64,000 nt of DNA from Gemmatimonadales bacterium UBA2988 (GTDB lineage Bacteria > Gemmatimonadota > Gemmatimonadetes > Longimicrobiales > Gaopeijiaceae). The notes beneath the pieces are model-generated. The model saw only the letters and a list, made by a program, of their open reading frames with translations. It made no database searches and had not been told where the DNA came from. The DNA lies in NCBI GenBank assembly GCA_002346665.1, contig DEAG01000011.1:6589-70588 (forward strand), given 5' to 3'. Position 1 is the first letter of the stretch; each line of letters opens with the position of its first letter. Both the position numbers and the translations under genes were made by a program. Below, in pieces: positions 49,863-57,649 of the stretch.

Positions 49863-51512
49863 ATGGTCTTTACAGGGACGCTTTTACTTGCTGCGGTCCA
49901 GGTGGTGTCCGGCTCAGGCGCGGATCCCTGCACCCAAGCGATTCGCTTGAGCATGGATGGCCAGCGCACCGAACTCGTGCGAGCGGCCGAAGAACTGGGT
50001 GCGCAACGCCCGCATTTTTTCCTTCCCGCCGCGTCACCGATCCGTCTATGCGTCGACTCGTTTCCTGCGCTCCGCTCGTGGGGCGTTCCGGATGATCAAA
50101 GAAAGCTGTACGTGGCCCCACTTCAGATCCACGCCGTGCGCAATTCTGCCTACCCTAAATCGATCAATGATGGCTTGCTCTGGGCGGGTGTGGGCACCTC
50201 AGCCGCACTCACCGGCGGGGTAGAAGTGCAGTGGCGATGGCTCACGATCGGATTGAAGCCCACCGTCGTCTGGCAGCAAAACAAGTACTTCAAGACCCCA
50301 GCCTTCCACATGGAAGGGGTGCCCATGAGCTTGCGACCGCCCGGCACCCTTATCTTGGGACTCTCCCGTTTTGCCAATGTTAATCACCCGGGAGTAATCG
50401 ACTACCCTGAAAGATTCGGTGATGCATCGTTCGGCAGCGTGGACGCTGGCCAAAGCTTCATCAGGTTGGACGCGGGCCCCATCAGCGCAGCGTTATCGCA
50501 CGAAAATCTCTGGATGGGCGCAAGCGACGTGTTCCCAATCATGCTCAGCAACACGGCGCCGGGCTTCTGGCACGTACGGTTCGGTACACGCACACCGGTC
50601 CGGCTGGCCTGGTTCAACGTGGATACACACGTGGTATGGGGCGCGCTTCAAGAATCTGACTACTTCGACGGCAGCGGTCAGAACGACGAACACTTGTTCG
50701 CGGCCCTGGCTGTATCGATTGAGCCTACATTCGTGCCGGGATTGAAGCTGGGGGCCAGTCGTATCGCTCATCTGGCTGAACGTCCCGGCGGTCACTCTCT
50801 CGGCTTCTACCTAGACCGCTTTATTGATTCACCCGCGTTTTCACGGGTGAGCACGAACCTACCGGAGAATGGATTGGGTGCAGTGTTCGTCTCGTGGACG
50901 ATTCCAGAAGGTGGTTTCGAGGTCCATGCAGAATGGGTGCGTGAAGACCGGTTCTTCAATTTCCAGGACCTGTTGCGTGAGCCGGATTGGACACAGGCCT
51001 ACGGGCTAGGATTCGGTAAGATCTTCAAGACAAGCACGTCCGTATCGCGATTTTGGGGAGAGCTGGTCCACCTGGGAGAATCGGCTCCGGTACGGGCCGG
51101 TAAAGGGTTCTTTTCGTACTACACACACCGTCCGGTAACGCAGGGACATACCCATCGGGGCCAGCTCCTTGGGGCTGCCATCGGTCCAGGATCCGATGTC
51201 CAAGTGATCGGCTTCGATCACTTTCGTGAGAGTGGCTTACTAGGAGGATACATCCAGCGAACGCGCTACGATGACGATACGTACTACCGACAATTCTCAC
51301 GTCGCTACGGCGAAGCGCGCCACGACGTAGAGCTCACTGGCGGGCTTCACGCCACGCGCTTTCTGGGTTCCGTGCACCTGCAGGCAGGAATTTCGGCCAG
51401 CCGGCGTTACGACCGCTCCTTTCTGGTACTGCGAACTTCAGGTACCAACCAACAAATCGAAACGAACTGGGGTCTGGATCTTCGCTTGACCTGGCAACCA
51501 AACCTACAGTAG
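49863..51512 (+). CDS. putative outer-membrane beta-barrel protein, capsule-assembly Wzi-like
   Basis: Short signal peptide (MVFTGTLLLAAVQVVSG) and alternating aromatic/hydrophilic strand pattern through to a C-terminal ...LRLTWQPNLQ. INDGLLWAGVG and GHTHRGQLLGAAIGPGSD are reminiscent of Wzi-family blocks. Family call is tentative. Confidence 0.45.
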   Translation: MVFTGTLLLAAVQVVSGSGADPCTQAIRLSMDGQRTELVRAAEELGAQRPHFFLPAASPIRLCVDSFPALRSWGVPDDQRKLYVAPLQIHAVRNSAYPKSINDGLLWAGVGTSAALTGGVEVQWRWLTIGLKPTVVWQQNKYFKTPAFHMEGVPMSLRPPGTLILGLSRFANVNHPGVIDYPERFGDASFGSVDAGQSFIRLDAGPISAALSHENLWMGASDVFPIMLSNTAPGFWHVRFGTRTPVRLAWFNVDTHVVWGALQESDYFDGSGQNDEHLFAALAVSIEPTFVPGLKLGASRIAHLAERPGGHSLGFYLDRFIDSPAFSRVSTNLPENGLGAVFVSWTIPEGGFEVHAEWVREDRFFNFQDLLREPDWTQAYGLGFGKIFKTSTSVSRFWGELVHLGESAPVRAGKGFFSYYTHRPVTQGHTHRGQLLGAAIGPGSDVQVIGFDHFRESGLLGGYIQRTRYDDDTYYRQFSRRYGEARHDVELTGGLHATRFLGSVHLQAGISASRRYDRSFLVLRTSGTNQQIETNWGLDLRLTWQPNLQ

Positions 51513-51516
51513 GTAG

Positions 51517-52686
51517 CTACTGCGTGCGCTGAGGCATGAAGCTCTGCATACTAGACTCTGCACCAAGCTGTCCTTCTAAGCCGCTGCCCCAGCAGTACAA
51601 CGATCCCTCCGCAATCGCGCACGCGTGGGTGGCGCCGCTCGTGGCAAGCTGTGATACCGTGAGTAGTTCACTCGTCTGCTGCCTACCGGGCTGCAGGTGG
51701 ACCGGCTGGGGTACGTAGTGAGCTTCTACATCCCCGACACCCAGTTGGCCAGCATCATTGCGGCCCCAGCACCAAGCATTACCTGTGGGCTTTTCCACGC
51801 CACAGGTGTAGCTGCTTCCCGCAGCAATGATCGCAAACGCGCTCAGTCGTCGAATGAGCGTGGGCGAAGACGACCCGACCAAGCCTTCGCGGAATACACT
51901 AGCATCCCCCATCTCGCCGTGCTCGTTGCTACCCCAGCAGTAGGCACCGTCATCCTCACCGACCGCACAAGTGTGTGATCGACCGCTGCTGATCTGCCGA
52001 AACCGGGGCGCCCCCTGGACCGCCGCCGGATCGAGCCGGGTCAGCGCTGACGATCCTGTGCCGAGCTGCCCGGAATCGTTCCTGCCCCAACAATAAGCGA
52101 TTCCACTCGCCAGAGCGCAGGTGTGCCAGGCACCTGCACTGATGCTCTCAAAGCGCAGCTCGCCGACAATGGCCTGGGGCCAGATGACCGTGTTACCTGA
52201 GCCATTCCCATTTTGGCCATAACGGCCGTTGCCCCAGCAATACACGACGTCGTCCAGCGCAATGGCACACGTATGGTGCGCCCCCGCGCTGATGGCCTTG
52301 AACCTGAGCGTGGTGGTGACTTCCACGGGGACGCTGTTGCGCGGATCCGTTGGGTTTCCACGTTCATAAAAGCCGTTCCATCCCCAGCACAGGGCACGCC
52401 CGTCCTGTGCCAAACCGCAGGTATGCGCTTCGCCGGCACTGATGTCATCGAAGCGCTCCGTAGTTTGAACGGCCGTGGGTACGAACCGGTCTTCTGTGTC
52501 TCCCGTACCCAACTCACCGTCCGCGCCCCGTCCCCAACAGTACGCCTTGCCGTCAGTCGTCAAAGCGCATGAGTGCCCACCGCGAGCAGTGACGGCTTTG
52601 AAAAACTGGCTGAGCGGGGGGGCTAACGGATCCGAACAGGCAGATAGTGCCGTGCAGGTCACCAGCACTGCAATCAACTTGGTCAT
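51517..52686 (-). CDS. RCC1-repeat (7-bladed beta-propeller) lipoprotein
   Basis: Lipobox TALSAC and seven repeats ending in CWG (AYCWGRGADGELGTG, ALCWGWNG, VYCWGNGRYGQNGNG, AYCWGRNDSGQLGTG, AYCWGSNEHGEMGD, AWCWGRNDAGQLGVG, LYCWGSGLEGQLGAE). Confidence 0.8.
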   Translation of the reverse strand: MTKLIAVLVTCTALSACSDPLAPPLSQFFKAVTARGGHSCALTTDGKAYCWGRGADGELGTGDTEDRFVPTAVQTTERFDDISAGEAHTCGLAQDGRALCWGWNGFYERGNPTDPRNSVPVEVTTTLRFKAISAGAHHTCAIALDDVVYCWGNGRYGQNGNGSGNTVIWPQAIVGELRFESISAGAWHTCALASGIAYCWGRNDSGQLGTGSSALTRLDPAAVQGAPRFRQISSGRSHTCAVGEDDGAYCWGSNEHGEMGDASVFREGLVGSSSPTLIRRLSAFAIIAAGSSYTCGVEKPTGNAWCWGRNDAGQLGVGDVEAHYVPQPVHLQPGRQQTSELLTVSQLATSGATHACAIAEGSLYCWGSGLEGQLGAESSMQSFMPQRTQ

Positions 52687-53804
52687 CAGTATTCCAACCT
52701 CGTCTGCTGCAACAGGCTGAACATACGTCGGGCAATCGCCGTGGGTTCCAGGTGGGCCACGCTCGAACGGGCTGCCTCACGCATGGTAGCAACGCTTGCC
52801 GGGTCACAAGCAAGGGCACTGACAATAGCCTGCTGGACCGCACCTACGCTCTCCGGCGCGAATACCCAGCCGTTCTCTCCGCACCGCACCAGTTCTTCCA
52901 CCGCCTGGCTGTAGCTGCTTCCGATCACGGGCAAACCCGCCGCCAGCGCTTCGTTCACCACCAGACCCCATTCGTCACCCAGGGTGGGAAACACCAGAAA
53001 CTCAGCCTCGCCGTACCATCTGGGCAACTCGTCGTACTGCACGTTACCGACCCAATTCAACATCAACCCGGAATCCCGGTATTGCTCTTCGAGCGGAACC
53101 CGCAAGGGCCCATCCCCCACGATGTCAAGGCGCACTCTCTGGTGCTCCTGAAGTTGGGACATAGCCGCAAGCAGGAGTGCGATGCCCTTTCTCTCGCTGA
53201 CGCTGCCCACGTAGAGAAGGTGACGAGCGGCTGAGCTCGGCCTGCGTTGCAGCGGCAACTGCAGGAAGGGTCGCAGTTCGGTGGTCTGGGGTATCTGCGC
53301 TATGCGGGCGTGCGGGTATCGGAAGAGCCGTATGTAGCGTGCGCCTGACTCGCCGTTCACGATGACTCGGTCTACCCGGCGCAACAACCAATTGCGCAAT
53401 GCCCTGCGCAATTGTCCGCGTTGTGCTTCCAGGCGGTCGGTGAGTGTGGCCCACAGAATGACAGGCACCCTATGCCTGCGCCCATAACGAACTGCGGAAA
53501 GCGAGCGTGCCCCAAATTCGCCCGTGATTATTACCTCGGGCTGGAAACGCTCTAGTTGGCTAGCCGTGTCGAGGGGAATATGCAACTGGATGCGTTCCCG
53601 GAACCCGGCACCCCGCCAGGTGCGTGGGGCCGTGAGCGTGCGCTGCACAACCACGTCGAGGCCAGACCAATCCACAGCCCAAGCACGGTTATCCTCCATC
53701 ACGGTGGAAAGCAGAACGCGCATTTCGCCAACCTGCAAGGCCAGTGCCCGGAACACCGGCAACCGGTATGGCGCAATAAAGTTGGTGAGCAATGCGACTC
53801 TCAT
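52686..53804 (-). CDS. GT4-family glycosyltransferase
   Basis: FPTLGDEWGLVVNEALAAGLPVIGS. Start trimmed to ATG 53804 (ATGA overlap). Confidence 0.8.
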   Translation of the reverse strand: MRVALLTNFIAPYRLPVFRALALQVGEMRVLLSTVMEDNRAWAVDWSGLDVVVQRTLTAPRTWRGAGFRERIQLHIPLDTASQLERFQPEVIITGEFGARSLSAVRYGRRHRVPVILWATLTDRLEAQRGQLRRALRNWLLRRVDRVIVNGESGARYIRLFRYPHARIAQIPQTTELRPFLQLPLQRRPSSAARHLLYVGSVSERKGIALLLAAMSQLQEHQRVRLDIVGDGPLRVPLEEQYRDSGLMLNWVGNVQYDELPRWYGEAEFLVFPTLGDEWGLVVNEALAAGLPVIGSSYSQAVEELVRCGENGWVFAPESVGAVQQAIVSALACDPASVATMREAARSSVAHLEPTAIARRMFSLLQQTRLEY

Positions 53805-54799
53805 GAGGTGTCGCCGAGAGCCTGCCGGTCCTTCAGCCGCTGGAGCCATAGGCCGGGAGCCAAGAAGGCCAGCCCCAGGGCACCGAGTTGGCGCAGTCCG
53901 AGTCCGGGCTCAATCTGGAACGCCCGCAGAGCCGCCCCCAAGCCACGCCTCCCGTGACCGATGCGCTCCTTATGTAGAACCGGCTGTCCGCGGAGAGTCG
54001 CTGCAATCAAGCGATGCTTATGCTCAGCTACAGCGCTGCCAGGGGCGGTACCCAACACCTCTACCAGGACCCTACCCACCGCAATCTGTCGTTCGACCAG
54101 CCGAAGCAGATCGTCGGATCCCACGAACTGTTGGGCATCGTGCCGGCGATACCATCCCAGTGCAGCGGCCAGCGAGTAGCCCCATGCACCAAGTCCGGTA
54201 AGCCGCGCCAACAGGTATGCGTCTGCGTCCCAGGATAAGGAAACGTCGCCCGCAAAGCCGATGGGTTGAGCAACCAACGGAAGGGCGCGGCGGGCGATAT
54301 CGCGACGCAGGCTGAAACCTGAGGTGGCAGCCGTAAGCGTGCGCTCGATGATCGGTTGTGCCCTCGGCGGCACGGGAGCATCTCGCGGGATGTCCGGTAC
54401 CGTGGGACCCAGCGACCGGCCTTTTCCATCTACCACCTCGAGCGCGTGCCGTACCCACTGTACTCGAGGATGCGCCTGGAAAACGTCGAGCACGCAGTCG
54501 ACTTTTCCGGGATGCCAGGCGTCGTCGGCATCGAGTAGGCACACCACATCGCCCTCGCACTGTTCGATCCCGCGAGCGAGGCTCCTAGCCTGTCCACTAT
54601 GCGTCGTACGAATCACTCGAATGCGTGCCCCAAACGAAGCCAGAACCCGCAGCGAGTCATCCGTCGAGCCGTCATCTATGACGATGATTTCGTGCAGGGA
54701 CCGTGTCTGTGCCAACGCGGACTCGACACACTCGCCCAGGAATTGCCCGTAATTGTAGTTGGTGATGACCGCGCTGACGGAACGCTCACCCACGTCCAT
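53801..54799 (-). CDS. GT2-family glycosyltransferase
   Basis: VSAVITNYNYGQFLGECVESALAQT, IIVIDDGSTDDS and LLDADDAW. Start trimmed to ATG 54799. Confidence 0.8.
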   Translation of the reverse strand: MDVGERSVSAVITNYNYGQFLGECVESALAQTRSLHEIIVIDDGSTDDSLRVLASFGARIRVIRTTHSGQARSLARGIEQCEGDVVCLLDADDAWHPGKVDCVLDVFQAHPRVQWVRHALEVVDGKGRSLGPTVPDIPRDAPVPPRAQPIIERTLTAATSGFSLRRDIARRALPLVAQPIGFAGDVSLSWDADAYLLARLTGLGAWGYSLAAALGWYRRHDAQQFVGSDDLLRLVERQIAVGRVLVEVLGTAPGSAVAEHKHRLIAATLRGQPVLHKERIGHGRRGLGAALRAFQIEPGLGLRQLGALGLAFLAPGLWLQRLKDRQALGDTS

Positions 54800-56208
54800 C
54801 AAGATGCCGCAGCTGCCGAACGCAGATCGGCGACGAGCCTCTGCGTCTCTGGCCAAGAAGGCAGCACGCAAGCCAGCACCAGTATACCCAGGCCGCTGAC
54901 CCACCCTAACGAATTAAAGAAAAGTGCAACGCTGAAGGAGGAGGTCACCGCTAGCGCGCGCCCGTAACTTGGTTTTCCCATGTGGCGACGCACGAACAAG
55001 TGCATCAGCGGATAGCTGACAATGGTGGCGGCTTCGGCGACGCCATAGCCCACGAGACCAGCCTGTGGCACTACCGCAGCGGCTACTCCGAATAGCAGGA
55101 CCAGCTGCACAAAATGCACGATGCCCACGTCTAGGTTACGGCGAACGACATACAGGGCAGACGAATGCAGCGCGAACATGGCGTTCGCCAGAAAACTCAG
55201 AGCGAGAAAAGGATATACCGTGGCCAGCGGTTCCCACGATCTGCCCAATAACAAAGGCAGGAGAGCGGGAGCCACCCAGGCGAACAGGACGAGCACGGGT
55301 CCCACGACGAGGGCCTGAAGCCACATCCCGTCGGTGATGGCTCGAACGAGGCGGTCTGCGCTGGACTGCACACGGGCCAGAGAAGCCGTTGACACTCGCC
55401 ATGCGATGACGCCGGCAAAACCCAGCTGCGTCACGATTTGGGTAGCCAATGACACAATGCCGACCGCTTCGGCTCCCAGGTAACGGCCCACGACGATTGG
55501 ATTGGCCAGCCGGCGCAACTGGTAGATCCAGATGGACAATGAATAGGAAAATCCGTAGGAGAGCATCTCACGGGCGAGAGCCGGCTGCCAGGCGGGTCGT
55601 GGAACGTAGCGAGCGGCCCACGAAGTTCCCACCAACAGGCCGATCTGCTGGCACCACCAGCCCGCGACGGCCGCCCAGCTGCCGAACCCGGCCAAGGCAA
55701 GAGGAACCGACACTGAAAAGAACATGGCCTGACTGGCGAGCTCGATCCAGGCGACACGCTTGTAGTCCAAGGCCCGGTCGAGCTGAGCGGTGGCCACCTG
55801 AGCGACGTTGATGAGCGGCAGAGCAACAAGCAACGCCAGCGCCGTGCTGGAGACACCTTCGATCCGGGTCCACTGGTCGAACCAGAACGCAAGCAGCGCG
55901 CCCACAACCAAGGCGACGATCCCCGACAGCGCCAGCAGCGAGGCAGCCACGTCCAGACCATCCCGTTCAATGGGACGCTCGCTTCGCACCAAGAATACGC
56001 CGATGCCCAACTGTGCTCCCAACTGGAGAGCACCGAACAACCCTAGAGCGGCGGCATACCGACCATACGCCGCGGGCCCCAGCGCACGCGTGAGCAAGAG
56101 TATCCCCACCACGTTGATGAACAGGCCAGCCAACTGGCGGAATCCGAGGTACGCACCGCCACGCAGCACTTTAGAACGTAGACTGTCACTCCCCGATACC
56201 TGGCTCAT
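54799..56208 (-). CDS. wzx: Wzx-type oligosaccharide flippase (MOP superfamily)
   Basis: 469 aa with about 12-14 hydrophobic helices. N-terminal LRSKVLRGGAYLGFRQLAGLFINVVGILLLTR is typical of polysaccharide-biosynthesis flippases. Confidence 0.7.
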   Translation of the reverse strand: MSQVSGSDSLRSKVLRGGAYLGFRQLAGLFINVVGILLLTRALGPAAYGRYAAALGLFGALQLGAQLGIGVFLVRSERPIERDGLDVAASLLALSGIVALVVGALLAFWFDQWTRIEGVSSTALALLVALPLINVAQVATAQLDRALDYKRVAWIELASQAMFFSVSVPLALAGFGSWAAVAGWWCQQIGLLVGTSWAARYVPRPAWQPALAREMLSYGFSYSLSIWIYQLRRLANPIVVGRYLGAEAVGIVSLATQIVTQLGFAGVIAWRVSTASLARVQSSADRLVRAITDGMWLQALVVGPVLVLFAWVAPALLPLLLGRSWEPLATVYPFLALSFLANAMFALHSSALYVVRRNLDVGIVHFVQLVLLFGVAAAVVPQAGLVGYGVAEAATIVSYPLMHLFVRRHMGKPSYGRALAVTSSFSVALFFNSLGWVSGLGILVLACVLPSWPETQRLVADLRSAAAAS

Positions 56209-57587
56209 GGCGGAAATACGACCCGGACCGGCGTCAACGAACTCTGCGACGTGGGTACGCCCAGCTGACCCGAACTGTTATCTCCCCAGCACCAGATTTG
56301 AGATGCGGCCACAGCGCAGGTATGGGCAAAACCGACGCTCACGAGACTCACATCGGCTAAACCAGAGATGGCGCTCGGAACCTTGAAATCTCCATCCTCG
56401 CCCGCTTGGTTCCCCCAGCAAGCGGCTAGCGACGTTACCAGCACGCCACAAGAATAGACATCGCCAGTACTGATCGATTGGAAGAGTGCTGAGCCTACGG
56501 GCAACGGTGTCCTTGTCCGAACGAAAGGGTCCTGACCGGTTTCACCGGTTCCGTTGCGACCCCAGCAGTAGGCGGTACCGTCGGTAGCCAGAGCGCAGGT
56601 ATGGCGCGAGTGCGCGACAATGTCGGTGAACTGCAAGCCTCCGGCCACGGCTTGTGGAAGTGTCTCGGTGGCACCGAAGGTGGCACCCGTACCCAACTCG
56701 CCATCCCCGTTGAAGCCCCAGCAATAGGCCGCACCGTCGAGTGCCAACGCACACGAGTGAAATTCGCCAGCGGCGACGCGTGTAAAGGCCGTTGCGCTCT
56801 CGGCCATCCCAAGCAGTCCTGATTGCGCGTGGTCGTCGGCGCCCCAACACATCAAGGTGCCGTCCAGCGTTATCCCGCACGTGTGCAGGTAACCCGCCGA
56901 GACGGACACGAAGCGTTCTTCACTGGCCACCGGAGTAGGAGCATGGCGCAGGAAAAGGTCGCCGACGCCGAGCTGGCCACTGCCGTTGTCCCCCCAGCAA
57001 AAAAGCTGGCCGCTTGGTACCAGACCACAGGTGTGGAACCAGCCAACCGCCAGGGACTCGAATTGAAGCCCTAATCTCACCGGCACGGGCATGGCACGCT
57101 CTGTCTCGGAGCCGTCCCCCAGCTGCGCCTTGTTATTCCGGCCCCAACAATAGGCATGGCCAGTCGTGGAAAGTGCACACGTGTGGCCGTAGCCAGCACC
57201 GATAAAACTGAAGATCCGTGTGGGGTAGAGGCGGAACGTGGCCGACGAGCCTTCCGCCTCGGCCAAGATCAGCACTTGCGTGCCCTCTAAGGGCATGATC
57301 ACGCGAACACTCGTTAAACCGGCAGAGTCAGTGTGTGAAAGCGGTTCGTCGAGCGCACCGCCACCTTCAATGATCCGCCAGCGAACGCTAAGATGGGGCA
57401 GCGGGACGCCACCGCGCGTGACACGCACCGCCAACGGCTCCTTCAGCTCCTCGCCGGCGAAGGCAGGCTGCTGATCTCCACCCACCAACTCAACCAATAG
57501 CGGCTGCGCATCCGTGCCCGACAGGCACGACCCGAGCGCAAGGACACCGAGAACGCAGAGGACCGGCCGGATCACTGGTCTGCGCAA
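56205..57587 (-). CDS. lipoprotein with N-terminal Ig-like domain and 7 RCC1 repeats
   Basis: Lipobox LALGSC. An Ig-like segment follows (LVELVGGDQQPAFAGEELKEPLAVRVTRGGVPLPHLSVRWRIIEGGG). Then seven CWG repeats (AYCWGRNNKAQLGDG, LFCWGDNGSGQLGVG, LMCWGADDHAQSG, AYCWGFNGDGELGTG, AYCWGRNGTGETG, AACWGNQAGEDG, IWCWGDNSSGQLG). Confidence 0.75.
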   Translation of the reverse strand: MRRPVIRPVLCVLGVLALGSCLSGTDAQPLLVELVGGDQQPAFAGEELKEPLAVRVTRGGVPLPHLSVRWRIIEGGGALDEPLSHTDSAGLTSVRVIMPLEGTQVLILAEAEGSSATFRLYPTRIFSFIGAGYGHTCALSTTGHAYCWGRNNKAQLGDGSETERAMPVPVRLGLQFESLAVGWFHTCGLVPSGQLFCWGDNGSGQLGVGDLFLRHAPTPVASEERFVSVSAGYLHTCGITLDGTLMCWGADDHAQSGLLGMAESATAFTRVAAGEFHSCALALDGAAYCWGFNGDGELGTGATFGATETLPQAVAGGLQFTDIVAHSRHTCALATDGTAYCWGRNGTGETGQDPFVRTRTPLPVGSALFQSISTGDVYSCGVLVTSLAACWGNQAGEDGDFKVPSAISGLADVSLVSVGFAHTCAVAASQIWCWGDNSSGQLGVPTSQSSLTPVRVVFPP

Positions 57588-57649
57588 GATCGACTGGCCA
57601 GCTTAGCTTGGCTTAGAAGAAGCCTAGCTGAGAAGCGCAGCGACCTCTC

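Noticed and set aside
51517-57587. Repetitive DNA underlying the RCC1 blades, considered as a tandem repeat or CRISPR-like array.
   Set aside because: The repeats are about 150 nt, degenerate at the DNA level, in-frame and protein-coding. There is no spacer/repeat regularity. I saw no CRISPR array, tRNA or rRNA anywhere in the window.
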